Notes under the pieces: generated by a model
What the model was told of the DNA's origin: nothing
Database searches by the model: none
The model's input: the letters and a program-made list of their open reading frames with translations, nothing else
Origin: a bacterium
Lineage (GTDB): Bacteria; Oederibacteriota; PGYV01
Direction of reading: 5' to 3'
Assembly: GCA_029565735.1 (NCBI GenBank)
Contig: JAKQNO010000123.1
Coordinates: 2,474-66,473 of the forward strand
Length of the DNA: 64,000 bases
Shown here: in pieces, positions 42,151 through 52,456 of the stretch
Layout: every line of letters begins with the position of its first letter
How positions within the stretch are numbered: position 1 is the stretch's first letter
Made by a program: the position numbers and the translations under genes

Positions 42151-43182
42151 TTAATACGCTTCGTATGTCATTAAAGTGCTTGACGTCATCATCGGCATTC
42201 CGGAGAGTGACTGGGATGAATTAACCTCTATTGGCAGATCCTGCGCGTTATACGTATAATATATATCCGTATTCATCGACATTCCCATAAATGACATTAC
42301 AGAATGTGCTTCACTTGGATTTCCTGCCGCAGTATAAGTATAGGTTGTAGTGCCGTTAACAGTATCCGTACTGTCATACGATGTGGCCAATGTCATTTTG
42401 CCGCCCGCGTCATACTGCATAACGGTATAAGAATACAATGTACTACCCATATATGTATCTGATCTTGTCTTAAGGTTGGAAGCATTATATGTATTCACTA
42501 TTCTTGAAGAGAGTGTTGTTCCTGAATAAGTTTCAACTGTAAGTTCAGAACCGGCGGCATCATAAGTCTTTACTTCTGACGACTGAATTACACCCGAAGC
42601 ATTATAAACGTCCGTCCTTGTAATCCGGTCTGCAGCATCATACTGATAAGTGGTATACTGCATAAGATTTCCCGAACCATCATAAACATCCTGCCTTACA
42701 ACTTTACCGCCTGAAAGCGTGGGAACTATTGTTTGTATTAAATTGCCCGAACTATCAAGCATCGACATACTTGAAGTATTTCCAAGAGAATCAAACTGCA
42801 CCCCGGACGTGGTTGAAACAGAGCCTGCGCTGTCATATGCTGTTATAGATGCAGCCGAAGGCGTCAACCCGCCCGCTCCATAAAAAAGCGTCATTTCCAT
42901 CCCTATAACACCCGAATTGGACATACTCATAGTTTTAAGCCTGTAGCCATGCCCTGTTGTATTTGTGGCAGTTGAAGTGGCTATTGCTGATACCGTATTT
43001 GTGGATGTGGGAGTGTATGAAGCGGTAATGGAACCGGTACTTGTAAAAGTAGCCGTGGCTGTATTTTCTGCAATTACCGGTTCTTCAACAGCAGCCGGTG
43101 AAACATGTTTCGTGCAGGAAACGGCAATAAAAGATAGAATAATAATAGCAAAAGTCCAAAAATAAGTGATTTTTTTCATCAA
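42151..43182 (-). CDS. lipoprotein with YD-repeat-like units (no toxin domain)
   Basis: Lipobox IAVSC. Repeated YDxxGxxxxxxxY / TYxYDAAG units. Confidence 0.6.
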   Translation of the reverse strand: MMKKITYFWTFAIIILSFIAVSCTKHVSPAAVEEPVIAENTATATFTSTGSITASYTPTSTNTVSAIATSTATNTTGHGYRLKTMSMSNSGVIGMEMTLFYGAGGLTPSAASITAYDSAGSVSTTSGVQFDSLGNTSSMSMLDSSGNLIQTIVPTLSGGKVVRQDVYDGSGNLMQYTTYQYDAADRITRTDVYNASGVIQSSEVKTYDAAGSELTVETYSGTTLSSRIVNTYNASNLKTRSDTYMGSTLYSYTVMQYDAGGKMTLATSYDSTDTVNGTTTYTYTAAGNPSEAHSVMSFMGMSMNTDIYYTYNAQDLPIEVNSSQSLSGMPMMTSSTLMTYEAY

Positions 43183-43273
43183 TAATCCTCCCGGTCAATT
43201 ATTATTGTTATTAACCGCCCTCCCGGTCAACTTGAATATTATACCAATTCAATTATGAAATTTCCACGTAATA

Positions 43274-44521
43274 TTAATATTTTATAAATTTTCCTGCCAG
43301 ATAAAACGACCCGCCTATTACAATTACCCCTTTGCCTTTTATACCGCGCGCAAGGGCAAGCGCTTTATTGTTATCCGGTTCAAGGAATGATTTTATGCCC
43401 GTTTTATCCGCAAGCGCTTTAATCACGGAAGGGGCCTGCGCCCTTTCGTTGTCAATGCCGGTTATAACAAGCTGTATGTTTTTATATTCTTTTATTATAT
43501 CCATCACAGCCTTTATATCCTTATCTTTTAGCGCCGAAAATACATAAGTGATTTTCCCTGCACGCATCTTTTTAAGCGCCGCGAACATAGCGCATGCCGC
43601 TTCGGGATTATGCGCCACACTTACAAAAGTATCCTTTGATATTTTTTGAAGCCTGCCTTTAACCTTTACCTTTTCAATTGCTTTTACAGCTTTTTTTATG
43701 TCAATAGCAACATCCATGCTTCTTATGATTTCAGCGGCCGCAAGCGCAGCAGCGGCGTTTTCGGCCATTACATCTTCATACATGGGCAGTTTCATCTTAA
43801 ATCCGCGGTTGTTTTTAACATCAAGAATTTCAGCTTTTATCCCCTTAATATCATGCGACGTGCTTTCAACTTTAAAATAATCTTCCGGGAAAAAAGCCAT
43901 TTCCCCAAAACGTTTTTTTACATGTTTTCTAAGGTTATTATCTTTAAGGTTAAACAACCCCGCGCCTTTTACTATTTCCTCTTTTTCTTTAAGAATTTTC
44001 AGGCAGGTATTGCCCAGCATCTGCGTGTGTTCAAGAGAAACAGACGTAATTACAGAGAGGAGTTTAGCGGAGTAATTGACGTTTGTCGCGTCGTATCTTC
44101 CGCCCAGCCCGGCTTCAATAACCGCAATTTCGGCGCCGCATTCTTTAAAACAAAGAAAAGCAAGCACGGTCAAAAACTCAAAATAGGTAAGAAAGGTTTT
44201 ATTTTCTTTTACGTTTTTTTTTAGCAGAACGATATTTGTTTCAAGAATATTTTCCGGCACGAAAGCGCTGTTAAACAGAATACGCTCCCTGAAATCAGTG
44301 ATATGCGGGGACGTGTAAAGCCCGGTTTTATAACCTGACGCGCGGAACGCGGCTTCAATAAAAGCGGCGGTTGTGCCCTTCCCGTTGCTTCCGGCTATAT
44401 GGACAACCCCAAAAGCATCCTGCGGATTTCCCAGCGCCAGCAGTATTTGTTTTATCCTGCCAAGGGAATAGTCAAATTTGAATTCATTAAGGGATGCAAT
44501 ATAGCGGCCTGTTTCATTCAC
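43274..44521 (-). CDS. folC: bifunctional folylpolyglutamate synthase/dihydrofolate synthase
   Basis: 415 aa. Mur-ligase P-loop HIAGSNGKGTT. Confidence 0.85.
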   Translation of the reverse strand: MNETGRYIASLNEFKFDYSLGRIKQILLALGNPQDAFGVVHIAGSNGKGTTAAFIEAAFRASGYKTGLYTSPHITDFRERILFNSAFVPENILETNIVLLKKNVKENKTFLTYFEFLTVLAFLCFKECGAEIAVIEAGLGGRYDATNVNYSAKLLSVITSVSLEHTQMLGNTCLKILKEKEEIVKGAGLFNLKDNNLRKHVKKRFGEMAFFPEDYFKVESTSHDIKGIKAEILDVKNNRGFKMKLPMYEDVMAENAAAALAAAEIIRSMDVAIDIKKAVKAIEKVKVKGRLQKISKDTFVSVAHNPEAACAMFAALKKMRAGKITYVFSALKDKDIKAVMDIIKEYKNIQLVITGIDNERAQAPSVIKALADKTGIKSFLEPDNNKALALARGIKGKGVIVIGGSFYLAGKFIKY

Positions 44522-44537
44522 AATAGCATGCCTTTTT

Positions 44538-45413
44538 TCAGGAAATCTTTCTGCCGCTGTAGCGTTTGGAATCCATCAGCTTTGAAAGCGCCGAATGTAT
44601 TGTGTTTTTCATGTCTTTTCTTTCGGTAATTATATCTATCATACCGTGTTCCAGAAGGAATTCGGAGCGCTGGAAACCTTCCGGAAGTTTCTGCCTTATT
44701 GTCTGTTCAATAACCCTTGGGCCGGCAAACATTATAAGAGCTTCCGGTTCCGCCACGTTTAAATCGCCAAGCATGGCAAAAGAAGCGGTAACGCCTCCGC
44801 CTGTCGGGTCTGTCATAACCGATATAAACGGAAGCCCAGCGTCAGAAACCCTGGACAATGCCGCGGATATCTTTGCCATCTGCATAAGCGATATTATGCC
44901 TTCGTGCATCCTTGCGCCGCCGCCTGACGCGGAAACTATAATTACGGGTAATTTATTGGAAATGGCTGTTTCACAAAGCGACGTAAGCCTTTCCCCCATA
45001 ACCGAGCCAAGCGATCCGCCCATAAAAAGAAAATCCGTAACTCCAAGCGCCACTTCAAGCCCGTTCATTTTTCCCGTGCCTGTTATAACCGATTCCGAAA
45101 GCCCGGTGGCTTTTTTTGATTTTTCCAGTTTGTCCTTATACTGCGGAAAATTAAGATAGTCCACAGGCTGCACGTCTTCAAACATAATATTAAAAGTACC
45201 TTCATCAACAAGCATGGCAACGCGGTCTTTTGCGGTTACCCTTTTATGAAGCCCGCATTTCGGGCATACGTTCAGATTATCAGCCAGTTCTTTTGTAAGG
45301 ATTATGGAATCGCAGCGGTCGCACTTGACCCACATGCCTTCCGGTATTTTGGTCTCTTTTTTCTCCACGTTCCTGATTATCGTATATTTTGGCCTGTGAA
45401 ACCATGCTGACAT
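44538..45413 (-). CDS. accD: acetyl-CoA carboxylase carboxyltransferase beta subunit
   Basis: 291 aa. N-terminal Zn ribbon CDRC...CPKC plus a carboxyltransferase domain. Confidence 0.9.
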   Translation of the reverse strand: MSAWFHRPKYTIIRNVEKKETKIPEGMWVKCDRCDSIILTKELADNLNVCPKCGLHKRVTAKDRVAMLVDEGTFNIMFEDVQPVDYLNFPQYKDKLEKSKKATGLSESVITGTGKMNGLEVALGVTDFLFMGGSLGSVMGERLTSLCETAISNKLPVIIVSASGGGARMHEGIISLMQMAKISAALSRVSDAGLPFISVMTDPTGGGVTASFAMLGDLNVAEPEALIMFAGPRVIEQTIRQKLPEGFQRSEFLLEHGMIDIITERKDMKNTIHSALSKLMDSKRYSGRKIS

Positions 45414-45428
45414 TGTATAATTCTCCTT

Positions 45429-47138
45429 TTACTTTTTTGCTTTTTTATGTGAAAAATACTTTTTAATGGCAGAAACCGCTACCGGAACTATATCCGGGTC
45501 AAACTGCGTTCCCGCGCAGTTTTGTATTTCCTGAATACAGGTCTGAAGCGGAAGCCCTTTTCTGTAAGGCCTGTCCGTAAGCATGGCATCCATTGTATCG
45601 GCAATACTTATTATCCTTGAATGCATGGGAATATCTTCTCCGGCAAGCCCCCCGGGATACCCGTTGCCGTCAAACCTTTCATGATGGTGCCTTATTACCG
45701 GCAGTATATCCTTAAGCTGAGGAATGGGTTCAAGTATATTCGCCCCTTCGTCAGGGTGTTTTTTTATTTCAAGGAATTCCTGTTCGGTCAGTTTTGCCGG
45801 TTTTCTTAAAATGCTTTCATCAACGCCTATTTTCCCGATGTCATGAAACAGCGCGGCAATTTTCAGTTCCTTTAACTCCATGTCAGGCATGCCAAGCGCC
45901 CTGCCTATTTCCATGCTGTAAGTGGTGACTCCGTCGGAATGATGCCTTGTGTAATTGTCTTTTTTATCTATGGTTTCCGCCAGACATTTTATGGTATTCA
46001 TAAACATATCCTGGGTTTCGGTGTATAACTTGGCGTTTTCTATGGCAACTGCCGCCTGATTTGCAAGCGCTTCAAGAAGGTTTTTGTCGTCTTCGTTGAA
46101 AAAGTCCCCGCCTTTTTTGTTTATAATTTCCATTACCCCGACAAGTTTCTGTTTTGTTTTTAAAGGGACCGCGATTATGGATTTTGTTTTAAACGTTGTT
46201 TTCTCGTCCGCTTTCTTAAAAAACCTTGGGTCGTTCTGCGCGTCAGCCACCAGCACGGAACGGTCTTCCCTTGCCACCCATCCGGCAATGCCTTCGCCGA
46301 TGGGCACCCTTACGTTTTTAATTTTTTCCTTCTGATCGCCTGTGGCGGACGCGAACACCAGTTCGTCTTTTTCAAGAAGAAGGATGGAACCCGCTTCGGC
46401 TTCAAGCATATGCGTTGAAGCTTCAAGCATTTTATCAAGCAGTATGTCAAGTTCAAGCGTTGAATTGACATACTCAGTTATTCCCATAAGATGCTCAAGC
46501 CTTTCAATTTTATCCCTGTTTTCCGTCAGAAGGCCGGCGTTTTTAACAATCGCGGAAATATACGGCGTAAAAATAAGAAGGGTTTCCAGGTCCTTGTTAT
46601 CAAAAGCCTGCCCCTTTTTTTTATTAAGCATCTCTATTACACCAAGAATGTCATGGTCAAATTTAAGCGGGGCGCACAGTATATTTCTTGTTTTATATTT
46701 CAATTTTTTATCAAAGCGCGTGGAATGCCTTTTATCCGCGGACGCATCCGGGGTAATTATAGGTTTTCCGGTCTGAGCCACCCATCCGGCAACGCCTTCG
46801 CCCACGGCAAGCTTAAACTTTTTTATCCCTTTCCCTTTGCTGCCTTTTGCAGAGGCAAAATACAGGGCATTTGTATGTTTTTCCATAAGAAGGATTGAGC
46901 CGGCTTCGCTTGAAGTGGCATCCATGACATTGGTTAAAAAACGGTCAAGAATTTCATTAAGTTTAAAATCCTTTGCGGTTATCTCGGAAATTTCCTGAAG
47001 TATGTTTACCTGCTTCTGAAGCACCGCGTTTTCCGCCCTCAGCCTTTCACTTTCAGATAAAGGCTTACCGGCCGCAGCAGGCGGCTTTTTTGCTTTTATG
47101 CTTACGTACTTGTTTGCTTTTTTCCTGTTACCCGGCAT
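45429..47138 (-). CDS. GAF-GAF-HD-GYP c-di-GMP phosphodiesterase
   Basis: 569 aa. Two GAF domains. HD...HHERFDGNGYP motif. Confidence 0.8.
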   Translation of the reverse strand: MPGNRKKANKYVSIKAKKPPAAAGKPLSESERLRAENAVLQKQVNILQEISEITAKDFKLNEILDRFLTNVMDATSSEAGSILLMEKHTNALYFASAKGSKGKGIKKFKLAVGEGVAGWVAQTGKPIITPDASADKRHSTRFDKKLKYKTRNILCAPLKFDHDILGVIEMLNKKKGQAFDNKDLETLLIFTPYISAIVKNAGLLTENRDKIERLEHLMGITEYVNSTLELDILLDKMLEASTHMLEAEAGSILLLEKDELVFASATGDQKEKIKNVRVPIGEGIAGWVAREDRSVLVADAQNDPRFFKKADEKTTFKTKSIIAVPLKTKQKLVGVMEIINKKGGDFFNEDDKNLLEALANQAAVAIENAKLYTETQDMFMNTIKCLAETIDKKDNYTRHHSDGVTTYSMEIGRALGMPDMELKELKIAALFHDIGKIGVDESILRKPAKLTEQEFLEIKKHPDEGANILEPIPQLKDILPVIRHHHERFDGNGYPGGLAGEDIPMHSRIISIADTMDAMLTDRPYRKGLPLQTCIQEIQNCAGTQFDPDIVPVAVSAIKKYFSHKKAKK

Positions 47139-47162
47139 GTATACCTCTTTTTTTTGTTAACG

Positions 47163-47939
47163 TCAAACGTTCAGGAATTTTTTCACAAACATCTTTGCAT
47201 TTTTCAAAAGCATATTTCGGTTTTTGCCGTATTTTTCACACAGCGAAACAAAAGCGCTTCCTATTATTACGCCATCCGCGATTTTCAGTATCTCTTTTGC
47301 CTGTAAAGGGTCTGAAACACCAAAACCGGCAAAAACCGGTATCTTCGAAAGCGTTTTTACGTGTTGCAGCATATGAAAACCGGAATTAACGCTTTTTGAA
47401 CCGCCGGTTACGCCTTTCTGAAGGATATAATACACAAAACCACGGCTTTTTTCTACAATTTTTTTGGCCCTATCCATTGTATTTGAAGGCGCGACAAGGT
47501 AAACAAGGTTAAATCCGCGTTTTTTCGCGTAATTATGGAATTCAGCCTCTTCGTCAAAAGGCAGATCAGGGATAATTGCGCCGTCAAGTCCGGCTTTCAG
47601 AGCGCTGTCAACAAACCTTTTTGAACCATAGTGATGAATAAGATTATAGTACGTCATCGCGACTATAGGCACCTGAATCCCTTTTTTTCTTACGTTTTCA
47701 ATTATTTTCAGGCATTTATCAATTGTCACGCCCCTTTTAAGCGCCCTTTCCCCGGCCTTTTGTATAACAGGCCCGTCGGCTATGGGGTCAGAAAAAGGAA
47801 TTCCAAGTTCAACAAGCGAAACTCCGCTTTGTGCCAGCGTAACAATCAGTTCTTCGGTTTCTTTTAAACCCGGGTCGCCTGCCATAAGATAAACCACAAG
47901 TTTTTTTGTTCCGGTTTTTAACATGTCCATTCTGTTCAT
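47163..47939 (-). CDS. trpA: tryptophan synthase alpha chain
   Basis: 258 aa. TrpA TIM-barrel motifs. Confidence 0.9.
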   Translation of the reverse strand: MNRMDMLKTGTKKLVVYLMAGDPGLKETEELIVTLAQSGVSLVELGIPFSDPIADGPVIQKAGERALKRGVTIDKCLKIIENVRKKGIQVPIVAMTYYNLIHHYGSKRFVDSALKAGLDGAIIPDLPFDEEAEFHNYAKKRGFNLVYLVAPSNTMDRAKKIVEKSRGFVYYILQKGVTGGSKSVNSGFHMLQHVKTLSKIPVFAGFGVSDPLQAKEILKIADGVIIGSAFVSLCEKYGKNRNMLLKNAKMFVKKFLNV

Positions 47940-47940
47940 A

Positions 47941-49134
47941 TTATTTACCCCCTTTAATAAGGGAATATACGGTATTTATATCTTTGTCGCCCCTGCCTGA
48001 AACGTTGACAATCACAATATCCTTCTTTTTAAGCTTCATCTTTTCCAGATACGCGCACGCGTGGGAAGATTCAAGAGCCGGTATTATACCCTCTTCGTGG
48101 CACATCATTTTAAACCCGTTAAGCGCCTCTTTGTCCGTTATAACATCAAACTTTGCCCTTTTTATCTTTGACAGGTAGCTAAGTTCGGGCCCGACGCCCG
48201 GATAATCAAGGCCGGCGGAGACCGAATGAGTTTCCGTTATCTGCCCTTCATCACTCTGAAGGACGTAAGTTTTTGCGCCGTGAAGGAATCCTATTTCATT
48301 GTTGACTATGCTGGCAGCGTGTTTTCCGGACTTAATTCCAAGGCCGCCGGCTTCCACACCTATCATTTTCACGTTTTTGTCTTTGATGAACGGATAAAAT
48401 AAACCCATTGCGTTTGACCCGCCGCCCACGCATGCCACAAGATAATCCGGAAGCCTGCCTTCAGCCTGCAGAATCTGCTTGCGCGCCTCTTTGCCGATTA
48501 CGGACTGAAAATCCCTGACCATCATGGGGTATGGATGAAAACCCGATACCGTGCCTATAATATAAAAAGTGTTGTCAACATTTTTCAGCCAGTCGCGTGT
48601 TGCTTCGTTCAACGCGTCTTTTAAAGTTTTGCTGCCTGACGAAACCGGAATAACACGCGCGCCCAAAAGTTCCATTCTGAATACATTAAGCGACTGCCTT
48701 TTTATATCTTCCTCTCCCATATATACGTCGCATTCACAGTCAAAAAGCGCGGCCACTGTCGCCGTTGCAACACCGTGCTGTCCTGCGCCTGTTTCCGCTA
48801 TTATCCTATTTTTACCCATTCTTTTTGCAAGCAGTATCTGCCCTATTGTGTTGTTTATCTTATGGGCGCCTGTGTGATTTAAGTCCTCTCTCTTAAGATA
48901 AATCTTCGCGCCGAAACGTTTTGAAAGTTTTTCAGCGTGATACAGGGGCGACGGCCTGCCCACATAATTTTTCATATAGTAATCAAACTCTCGTTTAAAG
49001 GACGGGTCTTTCTTTGCTTTAGCGTAATTCCTGTCAAGGTCATCCAAAAGCGCCCTTAATGTTTCAGGCGCGAACTTTCCTCCAAATTCTCCAAAAAAGC
49101 CTTTTTTATCAGGTATAGCCATTTTATGCTCCAT
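47941..49134 (-). CDS. trpB: tryptophan synthase beta chain
   Basis: 397 aa. PLP-binding HTGAHKINN. Confidence 0.95.
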   Translation of the reverse strand: MEHKMAIPDKKGFFGEFGGKFAPETLRALLDDLDRNYAKAKKDPSFKREFDYYMKNYVGRPSPLYHAEKLSKRFGAKIYLKREDLNHTGAHKINNTIGQILLAKRMGKNRIIAETGAGQHGVATATVAALFDCECDVYMGEEDIKRQSLNVFRMELLGARVIPVSSGSKTLKDALNEATRDWLKNVDNTFYIIGTVSGFHPYPMMVRDFQSVIGKEARKQILQAEGRLPDYLVACVGGGSNAMGLFYPFIKDKNVKMIGVEAGGLGIKSGKHAASIVNNEIGFLHGAKTYVLQSDEGQITETHSVSAGLDYPGVGPELSYLSKIKRAKFDVITDKEALNGFKMMCHEEGIIPALESSHACAYLEKMKLKKKDIVIVNVSGRGDKDINTVYSLIKGGK

Positions 49135-49178
49135 TTTTTATTTTTTTAGGGTTAACTTACGGGATTACCTTTTAAGGT

Positions 49179-49796
49179 TCACCATCGGGCTTTGTTTATC
49201 ACGCTGAAAAGTTTTTTCATTTTAACCGGGTCTTTCTTCCCTTTTGACTTTTCAACGCCGGATGACACGTCAATCCCGTAAGGCGCGGATGATTTTAGTA
49301 CAGCCATAACGTTTTCCGGTTTTATGCCTCCGGCTATAAAAAACGGCTCTTTTACGCCGGACAGTATGGCGCTGTCAAAACGCTTTCCTGTTCCGCCGTG
49401 CAGCACCGGATCATACGTATCAAATAAAAAGCAGTCAACGCCGCCTTTATATTTTTTAACCTGAGACGCCGCGTAATTGGCGTCTTTGGCTTTAATCACC
49501 TTTAAGATTTTCGCGTCTTTAATTTTTCTTATGGATGAAAGGCTTACTTCCCCGTGAACCTGCGCTATGTCAAGCCCAAGCGCTTTTACCGTGCGGTTTA
49601 TCTTTTCCCCGTCAGCTTCAACAAATACGCCGGCTTTAAGGGTAAATGGTTTTAATTTTTTTATTATGGCAAGCGCCTGTTTTTCCGTTACTTTTCTGGG
49701 GCTTTCGGCAAAAATAAACCCTATAATATCCGCCCCAAGTTTTTCGGCAAGCAGTGCGTCCTTAAGGTTCGTAATTCCGCATATTTTAACCTTCAT
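49179..49796 (-). CDS. trpF: phosphoribosylanthranilate isomerase
   Basis: 205 aa. Start MKVKICGIT. Confidence 0.85.
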   Translation of the reverse strand: MKVKICGITNLKDALLAEKLGADIIGFIFAESPRKVTEKQALAIIKKLKPFTLKAGVFVEADGEKINRTVKALGLDIAQVHGEVSLSSIRKIKDAKILKVIKAKDANYAASQVKKYKGGVDCFLFDTYDPVLHGGTGKRFDSAILSGVKEPFFIAGGIKPENVMAVLKSSAPYGIDVSSGVEKSKGKKDPVKMKKLFSVINKARW

Positions 49797-49811
49797 AGCG
49801 GGCTCCGGCTT

Positions 49812-50615
49812 TTATCTGCCGTGTTTATTAAGTATCCGGCCCGCCAGATCCTTAATCTGTTTTTCGCCCTTGGCTTTCATAAACATGGTGCCTATAAGCA
49901 CGGCTTTTATTTTCGGGTCCACCATTATTTCATCAACATCTTCAGGCTCATTTATTCCGCTTTCGCAAAGCACAAATTTGTCTTTGGGCACATACTTTAC
50001 AAGAGTCTTTACTTTCGCAAGGTTTATTTTAAAGGTTTTCAGGTCTCTTGCATTAATACCTATAATTTCCGCGCCCGCGGCGCATGCTTTTTTTATTTCT
50101 TCCCTTGATATGCATTCCACAACCGGCGTAACATTCAGGAATCTTGCCTTTCTTATAAATGAAGCAAGCTCCCTTTTTTCAAGTATCGCGGCTATAAGAA
50201 GAATCGCGTCCGCCCTTGCCGCGCGGGTTTCATAAATCTGATATTCATCAATAACAAAATCTTTTCTTAAAATCGGCATGGAGCAGTGTTTTTTTGCTTC
50301 TTTTATATATTCAATGTTACCGTCAAAGAATTTTTTGTCGGTCACCACGGACACGGCTTTTATCCCCGCTTTTTCATAAATCTGAACTATGTTTTTTATG
50401 TTTATGGCGTTTTTTATGGTGCCTTTGGAAGGCGATTTCTTTTTTATTTCACCCACAATGGTAAAATCATTATTTTCAAAGACGTCCCTGAAATTCCTGT
50501 TGGCCGGCAGTTTCATTATTTCCGCAAGCAGCGCGCTTAACGGGACTTTATTTTTTGCCGCGGCAACTTCCTGCTTTTTATGTTTTACAATCTTGCTGAG
50601 AATATTTCCGGCCAT
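49812..50615 (-). CDS. trpC: indole-3-glycerol phosphate synthase
   Basis: 267 aa. IGPS TIM-barrel motifs. Confidence 0.85.
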   Translation of the reverse strand: MAGNILSKIVKHKKQEVAAAKNKVPLSALLAEIMKLPANRNFRDVFENNDFTIVGEIKKKSPSKGTIKNAINIKNIVQIYEKAGIKAVSVVTDKKFFDGNIEYIKEAKKHCSMPILRKDFVIDEYQIYETRAARADAILLIAAILEKRELASFIRKARFLNVTPVVECISREEIKKACAAGAEIIGINARDLKTFKINLAKVKTLVKYVPKDKFVLCESGINEPEDVDEIMVDPKIKAVLIGTMFMKAKGEKQIKDLAGRILNKHGR

Positions 50616-50646
50616 TTTTCACCTCTTATATTTAATCTGCAACCTT

Positions 50647-51660
50647 TTATTTATTGCTGTATTCAACAAGCTGCCTTAACTTTTCCGCGGCAAGCCCGGA
50701 ATCTATGGCCTGCGCGGCTTTTTCTATGCCTTCTTTTATGGATCCCGCCGCATCAGCCGTGTATACGGCTATTCCGGCATTATACACTATTATGCGGTAA
50801 TAAGCGTCTTTTCTTTTGCCATCAAATACTTCCTTCATAATAACCGCGTTTTCTTCGGGCGAAATACCCTTAACATCTTCAATAGCGCAGGACTCTATGC
50901 CGAATTCCGCGGGATTTATTGAATACGTGGTAATATTGCCGCCTTTAAGTTCTGCCACCGCGGTATTTCCCCATAATATGGCTTCGTCCACATTGCCTTC
51001 GCCGCAGATAACAAGCGAATGCACATTACCCATATTTTTTAATACCGCCGCTATCTTTTCAACCAAAGATGACGTATATACTCCCATCAGATGGTGGGTG
51101 TTACGGGCCGGGTTTATAATCGGGCCAAGCACGTTGAATATATTCCTTATTCCTATTTCCCGCCTTACAGGCGCCGCGTATTTCATTGCCATGTGGCATC
51201 CCGGCGCGTACAGAAAACCAAGGCCTATTTTTTCAATGCTTGCTTTTATTGTTTCGTGCGCGGCGTCAACATTTACACCAAGCGCCTTTAACACATCCGC
51301 GCTTCCGCTTTTGCTTGTCAGCGCGCGGTTGCCGTGTTTTGCAACCGTTACGCCGCAAGCGGCAGCCACAACAGAAACCGCGGTGGAAATATTAAACGTG
51401 CCTGCGTAATCGCCGCCGGTGCCGCATGTATCAAGAATAATTTCCCTGTCAACCGGCAAATGGTGCGCTTTTTCCCTCATAACCTTTGCCGCGGCCGATA
51501 TTTCTTCAACTGTTTCGCCTTTCATTTTCAACGCGGTTAAAAACGCGGCTATCTGCGCGTCATTGGATTTTCCGGTCATCATAATTTCCATAGCTTCCGC
51601 CATTTCAGCGGCAGTAAGGTCCTGCCTTTCTGATACTTTTTTAATGTATGGTTTAAGCAT
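50647..51660 (-). CDS. trpD: anthranilate phosphoribosyltransferase
   Basis: 337 aa. DTCGTGGD motif. Confidence 0.9.
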   Translation of the reverse strand: MLKPYIKKVSERQDLTAAEMAEAMEIMMTGKSNDAQIAAFLTALKMKGETVEEISAAAKVMREKAHHLPVDREIILDTCGTGGDYAGTFNISTAVSVVAAACGVTVAKHGNRALTSKSGSADVLKALGVNVDAAHETIKASIEKIGLGFLYAPGCHMAMKYAAPVRREIGIRNIFNVLGPIINPARNTHHLMGVYTSSLVEKIAAVLKNMGNVHSLVICGEGNVDEAILWGNTAVAELKGGNITTYSINPAEFGIESCAIEDVKGISPEENAVIMKEVFDGKRKDAYYRIIVYNAGIAVYTADAAGSIKEGIEKAAQAIDSGLAAEKLRQLVEYSNK

Positions 51661-51672
51661 AAATCCCCTTTT

Positions 51673-52428
51673 TTATATCCCAAGCACCCTGCAAGCGGCT
51701 GCCGTGGTTGTATTTATTACATCCTGAACATTTACTCCCTTTATTTCCGCCAGCTTTTCCGCTATAAGCGGAATATAAGACGCTTCGTTTCTTTGCCCCC
51801 TGAATTTCTGGGGCGCAAGCCACGGTGCGTCCGTTTCAAGCACAATATTTTCAAGCGGTATTTTTTTTATCGCGTCCCTTAAAGCGCCGGAATTCGGAAA
51901 AGTTATTACCCCGCCTATCCCGAACACAAAACCCAGATCCATAAATTTTTTTGCCGTTTCGTAATCCGCGGAAAAGCAGTGAATAATTCCCGCTTTCTTC
52001 ACCCTGTTTTCCGCAAGTATTTCCAGTACATCATCATGCGCGTCCCTGCTGTGAATGACCACGGGTTTGTCAAACTCCGAAGCCAGGGAAATCAGTTTTT
52101 TAAAACCTTCCTTTTGAACATTTTTTTCAACCGTACTTTTAAAATAATCAAGGCCAATTTCGCCCACCGCCGCTATCTTGGCATCAGTCAAAAAGAAGCC
52201 CCGTAATTCCGCTAAAATTTCATCATTAAGAACGTCTATATAATGCGGGTGAAGGCCAAGCGCGGCCCATACCCCGTCTTCCCTGAATACCGCGACTTTT
52301 CTTGTTTCCTCTATTTCAGCCCCGATATTTAAAAACTTATTTACACCCGCCAGCCTTGCCCTTTCAAGCATTTCTTTGCGGTCATTATCATATTTCCCGT
52401 CGCATATGTGAATGTGCGTGTCAATCAT
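51673..52428 (-). CDS. tatD: TatD-family metal-dependent hydrolase (DNase)
   Basis: 251 aa. N-terminal IDTHIH. Confidence 0.85.
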   Translation of the reverse strand: MIDTHIHICDGKYDNDRKEMLERARLAGVNKFLNIGAEIEETRKVAVFREDGVWAALGLHPHYIDVLNDEILAELRGFFLTDAKIAAVGEIGLDYFKSTVEKNVQKEGFKKLISLASEFDKPVVIHSRDAHDDVLEILAENRVKKAGIIHCFSADYETAKKFMDLGFVFGIGGVITFPNSGALRDAIKKIPLENIVLETDAPWLAPQKFRGQRNEASYIPLIAEKLAEIKGVNVQDVINTTTAAACRVLGI

Positions 52429-52456
52429 GGTTTATTTAAATCAAAAGCCCGCGCTT

